NCBI GenBank assembly: GCA_028275775.1
Contig: JAPWTZ010000002.1
Coordinates: forward strand, 1 to 32,000
Reading direction: 5' to 3'
DNA: 32,000 nt
Source: Candidatus Nanopusillus sp.
GTDB taxonomy: Archaea > Nanobdellota > Nanobdellia > Nanobdellales > Nanobdellaceae
In this document: one piece after another, positions 1-6,766 of the stretch
Layout: each line of letters starts with the position of its first letter
How positions within the stretch are numbered: position 1 is the stretch's first letter
The notes under the pieces: model-generated
Databases searched by the model: none
The model's input: only the letters and a program-made list of their open reading frames with translations
What the model was told of the DNA's origin: nothing
Program-made: the position numbers and the translations under genes

Positions 1-14
1 CTTATATTATTTAA

Positions 15-281
15 ATGAAAATATTTTATATGTATGAATCATTTGATTATATAAAAGAAGGAATAATATATGGAAAAATAAAAAATATAATGAAGGATAA
101 AGTAATAATAGAAATAAATGGAAAAGACTATTCATTTGATAAATCTATAGATATAAATAATTTAAATTCTGGTGATTATGTAAGATTTTATATAAAAAAT
201 AATAATATAATTTATATTGAAAAAATAAGCCAGAATTTATATGAAAATATTAAGAAAATTTTAGAAAGTTTAAACGAATAA
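15..281 (+). CDS. small hypothetical protein (88 aa)
   Basis: Intact ORF with the Ile/Lys/Asn-rich composition typical of this window. No motif recognised. Its 3' end overlaps the convergent gene by 12 nt. Confidence 0.35.
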   Translation: MKIFYMYESFDYIKEGIIYGKIKNIMKDKVIIEINGKDYSFDKSIDINNLNSGDYVRFYIKNNNIIYIEKISQNLYENIKKILESLNE

Positions 282-830
282 CTCTTTCTTATTTTTTATT
301 AAGAATATTAGCCAAAAAATAATTAAAAATAATGTTGTAAATATTTCCCATAAAAAATTGTGTAAAAAATAAGGATTAACATTAAAAAAATAATAAAAAT
401 AAAAGACAGACCATAATCTAAATATATTTAATATAAATAATATTGGAGAAAAAATAATGAAATAATATAATTTTTTCTTTATATTTAATATTGGTGTAGA
501 AAATATAAGGGCAAATATACCAAATAAAGATTTAAAACCAGTGCATTCTTGATCAATTATAAAGCTTATGTTTTTTATATATATAACATTATTTTTTAAT
601 GTGAAATTTAAATGAGAATAATATAATATTTTTGATATAAATTCAGAATAATTTATTAAAAAATTATATGGTAAGACAATATAATAATAGCTAAATAAAA
701 ATAATGGTATTGAATATATTAACATATTTGCAAAAAATATAGATAGAATTAATTCTTTTCTTAATACTTTATTCCTTTTTGCATAATCTATTAATTTACT
801 ATAATATCTTTTTATTATATATTCAAACAT
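270..830 (-). CDS. exosortase/archaeosortase-family membrane protein (minimal, 186 aa)
   Basis: Polytopic hydrophobic protein. It carries the family signature 'IIDQECTGFKSLFG' (Cys96), then 'LNIFRLW' (Arg138, 42 residues later) and 'FLHNFLWE' (His157). This is the Cys/Arg/His arrangement of exosortase/archaeosortase transpeptidases. Confidence 0.6.
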   Translation of the reverse strand: MFEYIIKRYYSKLIDYAKRNKVLRKELILSIFFANMLIYSIPLFLFSYYYIVLPYNFLINYSEFISKILYYSHLNFTLKNNVIYIKNISFIIDQECTGFKSLFGIFALIFSTPILNIKKKLYYFIIFSPILFILNIFRLWSVFYFYYFFNVNPYFLHNFLWEIFTTLFLIIFWLIFLIKNKKELFV

Positions 831-1281
831 TCTTTACTTTTGCAGCAACCCCAACTTTAAAATCCTTAATTTCTTTTCCAGATAATAAACTTTCGCCTAC
901 TGCTAATAGATTATCATTTTTATCTACTATTAATACAATATCTCTTGGCAATATACTTTCATCTAAATTTTCAACAAACTTATTAAATACGGATTTTCCT
1001 TCTTTTATAAATTTTACTGCTTCATCTTTTACAACAATTCTATATTTTGGGAATTCTAAGAATTCTTTTATTATTTGTCCTCCATAAAATGTTAATATAA
1101 TAAATCCCGTTGTTGGTTCTATTGTTCCAAATAATTTATCACCTATATATATTCTTCTTATTCTTCTTGTTTTCTTACTTTTTTCAATTTTTATTTTTTC
1201 TTTATATTTTTCAATTATTTTATCTCCAACTTTATTTCCAAACTGATAGTTTAATATTCCTTTAATTATTGATAATTCCAT
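823..1281 (-). CDS. stand-alone PUA-domain RNA-binding protein (ArcTGT C-terminal C2/PUA-like)
   Basis: The C-terminus 'VVKDEAVKFIKEGKSVFNKFV...LPRDIVLIVDKNDNLLAVGESLLSGKEIKDFKVGVAAKVKNV' is a classic PUA pattern. The N-terminal 'RRIYIGDKLFGTIEPTTGFIILTFYGGQII' resembles the pre-PUA/C2 domain. I prefer the start at Met14 (1281) over the ORF-track start at 1320. Confidence 0.6.
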   Translation of the reverse strand: MELSIIKGILNYQFGNKVGDKIIEKYKEKIKIEKSKKTRRIRRIYIGDKLFGTIEPTTGFIILTFYGGQIIKEFLEFPKYRIVVKDEAVKFIKEGKSVFNKFVENLDESILPRDIVLIVDKNDNLLAVGESLLSGKEIKDFKVGVAAKVKNV

Positions 1282-1876
1282 AATAATATAATACAAACTT
1301 TTCAGCCATTTCTTCAGCAATTATACTATTATTATTATATATAATTACTGTATTGTTCCGATTATTGAATATTATTCCATAAGAATTGTTTGTAGGAATT
1401 ATATATATTAATAATGTTTCATTTCTTGGCAATATATATGTAAGGTTTGCATATTGATTATAATATGAATATAAATAAATGCTATTATTTGTTATGCTAT
1501 TATTTTCGAAGAAATATTTGCAATTATTATAATAATATAAACATACAGGAACTAAGTTTCTAGCATAGATTAATATATACAATATCTCTGCATTGTAATA
1601 ACCTGATAATTCTGGATCGAAGATAAATAGTTGATATTTATAATTATTCAATTCATTGTATAAGCTAATATTTGAATATATAGGAATAAAACTTAATTGC
1701 TCAATACTATAAGGTCCAGCAATTGTTATATTGTTTGCATTTTTATATATATATGTCTGGTTATTGTTAATATTATTTGTATAATTTATTATTTTTGATT
1801 TAACAACTATTATTAATATTAAAATTATAAAAGCTATGACTAAAACCAATAAATTAATAATTTTTTCTCTTTTCAT
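1262..1876 (-). CDS. membrane-anchored/secreted Asn- and Tyr-rich protein, function unknown
   Basis: N-terminal 'MKREK' is followed by a hydrophobic helix 'IINLLVLVIAFIILILIIVV'. The remainder is Asn/Tyr-rich and contains about 11 N-x-S/T sequons. Confidence 0.5.
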   Translation of the reverse strand: MKREKIINLLVLVIAFIILILIIVVKSKIINYTNNINNNQTYIYKNANNITIAGPYSIEQLSFIPIYSNISLYNELNNYKYQLFIFDPELSGYYNAEILYILIYARNLVPVCLYYYNNCKYFFENNSITNNSIYLYSYYNQYANLTYILPRNETLLIYIIPTNNSYGIIFNNRNNTVIIYNNNSIIAEEMAEKFVLYYYGIINN

Positions 1877-1897
1877 ATATTAATCTTTTGATAAATA

Positions 1898-1905
1898 TAT
1901 ATAAA
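1898..1905 (+). promoter_or_regulatory. TATA-box-like element (TATATAAA) about 27 nt upstream of the ATG at 1929
   Basis: The position fits an archaeal TATA box driving a leaderless mRNA. Caveat: TATA-like strings are frequent by chance in this AT-rich DNA. Confidence 0.3.
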
Positions 1906-1928
1906 TTTTCTAATTCTAAAAAATATTA

Positions 1929-2675
1929 ATGAGTACTAATGATGTAGATGAGAAATTATTGGAGGTTCTCAAACAGAATGCTTACGGATTAACAATTTCT
2001 GAACTATCAAAAATATTAAATATTAATAGAATTACATTATCTAAACATTTGGAAATATTGAAGGAGAGGGGATATTTAAATTATAGAGTTGTTGGAAAGG
2101 CAAAAATATGGTATATAAATGAAGATGTAAACTTCTTGGAAATGATTCATGGAAATACACCAATAATAAAATTAATTAGAAAAGATAAAAACGAATTTTA
2201 TAGTGTTTCCGATATAAAATTTTTAATAATTCCTTCTGAAATATTTCAGGTTTTATATTTACAAGCTTTGGAAATAAATAATTTAAATTTCATTAGAGAT
2301 TCTGGAAAAAGATTTGGTATTATAATTTCTACTACATATAAAATGTATTCTGGAATGGAAAGGGTTTTAAATGAAGATTATCTAAAAGAAATAATTAAAT
2401 TGGTTGAAAAATTTGGTTTTGGAAGAGTAGAGGATATATTTATTGATATTAAAACATTAGATTTCTTGATTACATTAAATTCATCTATAGAATCCTTAGT
2501 ATTAAAAGATATAGAAGATATATTGAAAGAAAAAAATGTAGAAATAAAGGAATATTTCATGGAAGGATATTTTGAAGGACTATTAAGTACTTTGTTTGGA
2601 ATACCAATGATTGCAATAAATAAATCTACATTATATAAAGATCCAAAAACAGAATTTGTAATAAGAAAGAAATGA
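1929..2675 (+). CDS. winged-helix transcriptional regulator with uncharacterised C-terminal (possibly V4R-like) domain
   Basis: The N-terminus 'LLEVLKQNAYGLTISELSKILNINRITLSKHLEILKERGYLNYRVVGKAKIWYI' is a typical ArsR/MarR-type wHTH. The assignment of the C-terminal ~170 aa is weak. Confidence 0.6.
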   Translation: MSTNDVDEKLLEVLKQNAYGLTISELSKILNINRITLSKHLEILKERGYLNYRVVGKAKIWYINEDVNFLEMIHGNTPIIKLIRKDKNEFYSVSDIKFLIIPSEIFQVLYLQALEINNLNFIRDSGKRFGIIISTTYKMYSGMERVLNEDYLKEIIKLVEKFGFGRVEDIFIDIKTLDFLITLNSSIESLVLKDIEDILKEKNVEIKEYFMEGYFEGLLSTLFGIPMIAINKSTLYKDPKTEFVIRKK

Positions 2676-3175
2676 TTATTTGTATAACAGGAGTACCTGG
2701 TGTTGGGAAAAGTACAATAGCAAAAAAATTGGCAGAACAAATAAATGCTGTTTTAATTGATATATCTGATTTTGCAATTAAAAATAATTTATATGAAGAA
2801 TATGATGAAGCTGAACAAACATATATAGTAGATGAAAATAAATTATTTAGAGAAATAGATAATTATATAAAAAATTTAAATAGTAAATACATTATTATAG
2901 AAGGAAATTTTGCTCATTTATATGATAAAGGCGATCTATATATTGTTATAAAGACAGATCCAAACATATTATATGAAAGATTATCAAAAGAAAGAAATTA
3001 TCCATATAATAAAATTTTTACAAATATATGGGCAATGAATCTTGAAGTTATAGAAGATGAACTAGAAGAAATGAAAAAAGAATATTATGTTTTCTATAAC
3101 AATAAAGAAGATGATATTGATAATATAATAAAAGAAATAAAAAGATTAATAGAAAATAAGGAAAAATCAAATTAA
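2672..3175 (+). CDS. adenylate kinase 6 / Fap7-like P-loop NTPase
   Basis: P-loop 'MIICITGVPGVGKSTIAKKLAE' is present. 'IIIEGNFAHL' and 'YIVIKTDPNILYERLSKERNYPYNKIFTNIWAMNLEVIEDE' match the archaeal AK6/Fap7 pattern. The ATGA overlap with the upstream regulator gene suggests translational coupling. Confidence 0.7.
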   Translation: MIICITGVPGVGKSTIAKKLAEQINAVLIDISDFAIKNNLYEEYDEAEQTYIVDENKLFREIDNYIKNLNSKYIIIEGNFAHLYDKGDLYIVIKTDPNILYERLSKERNYPYNKIFTNIWAMNLEVIEDELEEMKKEYYVFYNNKEDDIDNIIKEIKRLIENKEKSN

Positions 3176-3196
3176 TAAAAAGTTTTTTGTCTAAAA

Positions 3197-3204
3197 TTTA
3201 TAAG
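3197..3204 (+). promoter_or_regulatory. TATA-box-like element (TTTATAAG) about 26 nt upstream of the thermosome ATG
   Basis: It is preceded by an A-rich BRE-like stretch. The spacing is consistent with a leaderless transcript starting at or near position 3226. Confidence 0.4.
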
Positions 3205-3225
3205 TCTTATACATATAATATATAT

Positions 3226-4887
3226 ATGGCAGAAGATAAAAAAGGATTATATCCAATTGTATTATCTCCAGAAAAATATGCAAGAACAATTGGTAGAGAA
3301 GCAATGAGATCAAATATTATGGCAGCTGTATTAGTATCAGAAATATTAAAAACATCTTTGGGTCCAAGAGGAATGGATAAAATGTTGGTAGATGAATTGG
3401 GAGATATAACTGTTACAAATGATGGAGCAACAATATTGGATCAAATGCATGTTGAACATCCAGCTGCTAAATTAATAATAGAAATAGCAAAAACACAAGA
3501 TAAAGAGGTAGGTGATGGTACTAAAAGATCTACAGTCTTAGCAGGTGAATTATTAAAGAGGGCAGATGAATTATTAGATAAAAATATACATCCAACGGTT
3601 ATTATAGAAGGTTATAATAAGGCAGCAATTATTGCTGAAGAATTGGTAAATAAATTGGCTCAAAAAGTTTCAATGGATGATGAGGAAACATTAATTAAGG
3701 TTGCAAAGTCTGCTTTATCATCAAAATTAGCATCAATTTATTCAGATAAATTAGCAAAAATAATTGTTGATGCTGTTAGAAAAGTAACAGAAACTGTAGA
3801 ATTATCGAGTGGAGAAAAGAAAATAATTGTAGACTTAGATTCATTAAAAATTGAAAAGAAAATTGGGGGTGGTGTAGAAGAAACATCATTGATTGATGGA
3901 ATAGTAATAGATAAAGAAAGAATACATGGAGAAATGCCAAAGGTTGTTTCAAATGCAAAGATAGCATTAATAGGAGATGCTATTGAAATTAAAGAAACAG
4001 AAACAGATGCTAGAATAAATATATCTTCCCCAGATCAATTAGAACAATTTTTAAATAAAGAAAGAGAAATGCTAAAGAAAATGGTAGAAAAGATAAAGGA
4101 AGTAGGAGCAAATGTTGTATTTGTACAAAAAGGAGTTGATGATTTAGCAGCATATTATCTAGCAAAATATGGAATATTGGCAGTAAGAAGAGTTAAAAAA
4201 TCTGATATGGAAAAAATAGCAAAAGCAACTGGTGGAAAAATTGTAAATTCTATTGATGAATTATCCGAAAGTGATTTAGGATATGCAGAATTGGTTGAAG
4301 AAAGAAAAGTTGCAGATGAAAATATGATATTTATAACAGGATGCAAAAATCCAAAAGCTGTTACAATATTAATAAGAGCAGGATCTGAGCATGTTGCAGA
4401 TGAAATAGAAAGATCAATAAATGATGCAATTAGGGATGTTGCAACAGTAATTAAATATGGAAAAGTAATTGCTGGAGGTGGTGCATTAGAAATGGAATTA
4501 GCAGAAGGAATAAGAAAAGAAGCTAAGAAGGAATCATCAAAAATACAAATGGCAATGTTAGCATTTGCAGATGCATTAGAAGCAATACCAGCAGCATTAG
4601 CAGAAAATGCAGGTATGGATACTATAGAAGCAATGACACAATTAAGAGCATTACATGAACAGGGTAAAAAATGGGCTGGAGTAGATGCAATTGAAGGTAA
4701 AATTGGAGATATGTGGGAGAAAAATGTAATAGAGCCAGCAAATATAACTATACAAGCTATAAAATCTGCAGTAGAAGCTGCTATAATGGTATTGAAGATA
4801 GATGATGTTATTGCTGCAGTAGGAAAATCAACAGAGGAAGGAAAATCATCAGGTAAATCAGAGGAAGAGGGAGAGGTTGAAGAATAG
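3226..4887 (+). CDS. ths: thermosome subunit (group II chaperonin)
   Basis: Motifs present: 'LGPRGMDKML', 'TVTNDGATIL', 'HPAAKLII', 'VGDGTKRSTVLAGELL', 'VIAGGGALEMELA' and 'NVIEPANITIQAIKSAVEAAIMVLKIDDVIAA'. I place the start at ATG 3226 (MAEDKKG...). The ORF-track start at 3187 is a TTG giving an implausible extension. Confidence 0.95.
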   Translation: MAEDKKGLYPIVLSPEKYARTIGREAMRSNIMAAVLVSEILKTSLGPRGMDKMLVDELGDITVTNDGATILDQMHVEHPAAKLIIEIAKTQDKEVGDGTKRSTVLAGELLKRADELLDKNIHPTVIIEGYNKAAIIAEELVNKLAQKVSMDDEETLIKVAKSALSSKLASIYSDKLAKIIVDAVRKVTETVELSSGEKKIIVDLDSLKIEKKIGGGVEETSLIDGIVIDKERIHGEMPKVVSNAKIALIGDAIEIKETETDARINISSPDQLEQFLNKEREMLKKMVEKIKEVGANVVFVQKGVDDLAAYYLAKYGILAVRRVKKSDMEKIAKATGGKIVNSIDELSESDLGYAELVEERKVADENMIFITGCKNPKAVTILIRAGSEHVADEIERSINDAIRDVATVIKYGKVIAGGGALEMELAEGIRKEAKKESSKIQMAMLAFADALEAIPAALAENAGMDTIEAMTQLRALHEQGKKWAGVDAIEGKIGDMWEKNVIEPANITIQAIKSAVEAAIMVLKIDDVIAAVGKSTEEGKSSGKSEEEGEVEE

Positions 4888-4898
4888 TTTTTAAAAGA

Positions 4899-4906
4899 TT
4901 TATAAA
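4899..4906 (+). promoter_or_regulatory. TATA-box-like element (TTTATAAA) about 26 nt upstream of the ATG at 4929
   Basis: It has the same geometry as the other candidate promoters in this window. Confidence 0.35.
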
Positions 4907-4914
4907 TATCAAAA

Positions 4915-4928
4915 TTTTTTATTTTTTT
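4915..4928 (+). terminator. oligo-T tracts (T6, T7) downstream of the thermosome stop codon
   Basis: Archaeal termination commonly uses oligo-T runs. Two runs lie within 45 nt of the stop codon. Specificity is low in AT-rich DNA. Confidence 0.3.
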
Positions 4929-5480
4929 ATGCCATCCTCGGAGTATGAACTTATACCAACAGATCCAGTTGAAAAATTAGCTGAAGAAATAGAAAATTTG
5001 AAGGACGATTTAGCTACATTAAAAAATGAATTGAAAAATAATATTGAAGAGATAAAAAAGCAGATTTTGATGCCTTCTGAAGAAAATCCATCAGTTAAAA
5101 AAGAAGCACAAGCACAATTATATTATGCTCAATCAAATATAGATACTTCATTTTATAAGGAAATTGTAAATTCATTAATAAAGAGTAATATAGATTTACA
5201 GGCAAAAATATCCGAATTAATAGTTGTTACAAACAATTTATACAAAGAAATAAAGAATTTATTTGATATATTTAAGGAAGCTGCTTTGTTAAGGCCAAAA
5301 GAAAAGGAAACATATGATAATAATATTGAATTATTAAAGAGAATAGAAAACTTAGAAAAAGCAAATCTAAAAGTAGCAGAGTTATTGGATAATCTTAAGA
5401 AACAAATAGAGAGTATAAAAGGTAATCAAAGCCCAAGCTATATAGGTTCATCAATACAGAGTTATAGTAAAAGGATATAA
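4929..5480 (+). CDS. coiled-coil protein, first gene of the type IV filament-like cluster
   Basis: Heptad-like Glu/Lys/Leu-rich segments are present, for example 'KLAEEIENLKDDLATLKNELKNNIEEIKKQI' and 'IELLKRIENLEKANLKVAELLDNLKKQIESIK'. There is no TM segment and no enzyme motif. Confidence 0.5.
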   Translation: MPSSEYELIPTDPVEKLAEEIENLKDDLATLKNELKNNIEEIKKQILMPSEENPSVKKEAQAQLYYAQSNIDTSFYKEIVNSLIKSNIDLQAKISELIVVTNNLYKEIKNLFDIFKEAALLRPKEKETYDNNIELLKRIENLEKANLKVAELLDNLKKQIESIKGNQSPSYIGSSIQSYSKRI

Positions 5481-5512
5481 AAATTAATAAATTTTTTTAA
5501 TATCTTTATAAA

Positions 5513-6355
5513 ATGAAATTACAAACCCAGCTTATTAGTTATTTATTGTTGGGGGTTATCATAGTTGGTTTGTCAATAGGTATATATGAGTGGGGTATAC
5601 CACTAATACAGAAATCTCAAATTAAATCCACAATAGATAATATACAAAATCAATTGAATTCCTTATCAGAAGCTATATCATCTGTTGTTCAAAGTAGAGG
5701 AACTCAAACAGTTACATTAAATTTACCAAAGGGGTCTTTAAATATATATAATAATTTGATTCAATATTCATTTCAAGTACCTGTAGTTTATTATAATCCA
5801 TCTATTTCTGTAATTCCGATAAATTACAATATATATATTCCATGTAATGTTAATAATACTATTTCAATACCTTCTTCCGGTTATAATTCTATTCAATTAT
5901 GTGGAATTCCAAATCTTATAGTAAAGGTAAACTCTTCTAACATAATAATACAAGATGTAAATAACAATACTTTAATATTGCCTTTAGTAAATACTGATAA
6001 TGTTATAACTCAATATTTTGATTTTAATATTAATGTTCAGAATAATACTGTATCATTTATTCCGCAATATAATACAGGTATAGCTGGTGTATCATATTAT
6101 CCAGAATGTTTGCTTTCAGCAACTCAATTAAGCGGAATTATACAATATCAAATAACATGTAGACCAATGTATAATCCTCAAAATGGACAATGCGAATGGA
6201 TAATAATAGAACCAGCTGGTCAGACATCTATTACTTCAAATGGAAATCCTATTAATATAAATTTACAATATACAGGATTAAATATAATTAATAATCCAAA
6301 TTCTACTGTTTGTAATCAATTAATATATTATTATGTACAAGCTTCTATTGTATAA
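5513..6355 (+). CDS. N-terminally anchored extracellular protein (pilin/FlaF-FlaG-like architecture)
   Basis: 'MKLQTQ' is followed by the hydrophobic helix 'LISYLLLGVIIVGLSIGIY'. The beta-rich Asn/Ile/Gln ectodomain has 6 Cys and 5 N-x-S/T sequons. There is no canonical [KR][GA] prepilin cleavage site. Confidence 0.45.
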   Translation: MKLQTQLISYLLLGVIIVGLSIGIYEWGIPLIQKSQIKSTIDNIQNQLNSLSEAISSVVQSRGTQTVTLNLPKGSLNIYNNLIQYSFQVPVVYYNPSISVIPINYNIYIPCNVNNTISIPSSGYNSIQLCGIPNLIVKVNSSNIIIQDVNNNTLILPLVNTDNVITQYFDFNINVQNNTVSFIPQYNTGIAGVSYYPECLLSATQLSGIIQYQITCRPMYNPQNGQCEWIIIEPAGQTSITSNGNPININLQYTGLNIINNPNSTVCNQLIYYYVQASIV

Positions 6356-6735
6356 TGCCAGTAAATGCGTTAGAAATTGCATTAATAACTTTAATATTAT
6401 TTTTTGTTTCCCAATCAATGATTTTATATTTTAATCATATAACAAATTCGCCCAATTATAATAAAATAGTTTTAAACTATATAGAATCAAATGTTGAGTT
6501 TTGTATATATTATTCTTATTTATACAATGCAAATCTTTTTTGTCAACCTTCGCAGAATTATAGATTTTCAATAAGTGCGATTAATAATAGAGTATATATA
6601 TCTTATAATGGAAATTTTTTGTCTATAAATTTGAATAATAATTCATATTTTCATCCCATTTATGGTGTAGGTTTGAACTCTTTCTTCTTACAATATAAAA
6701 ATTATTCTTTAAATTCCATTTTATATATAAGTTAA
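6355..6735 (+). CDS. small N-terminally anchored protein (126 aa), function unknown
   Basis: The N-terminal hydrophobic helix is 'LEIALITLILFFVSQSMILYF'. The TAATG overlap with the upstream gene implies co-translation. Confidence 0.4.
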   Translation: MPVNALEIALITLILFFVSQSMILYFNHITNSPNYNKIVLNYIESNVEFCIYYSYLYNANLFCQPSQNYRFSISAINNRVYISYNGNFLSINLNNNSYFHPIYGVGLNSFFLQYKNYSLNSILYIS

Positions 6736-6736
6736 A

Positions 6737-6744
6737 TTTATATT
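6737..6744 (+). promoter_or_regulatory. TATA-box-like element (TTTATATT) about 26 nt upstream of the ATPase ATG at 6767
   Basis: The position matches the other candidate promoters. It could be an internal promoter within the cluster. Confidence 0.3.
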
Positions 6745-6766
6745 TTCCCAAGTTTTCATTAAATAT

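Noticed and set aside
3187-3225. N-terminal extensions in the ORF track: thermosome from TTG 3187, the KaiC-like gene from 13793, herA from 19005, uS13 from 19065 and the PUA protein from 1320.
   Set aside because: The extensions add non-homologous, often hydrophobic residues and create overlaps with divergent neighbours. Internal ATGs (3226, 13922, 19068, 19017, 1281) give N-termini matching family consensus and sit at a sensible distance from TATA-like boxes.
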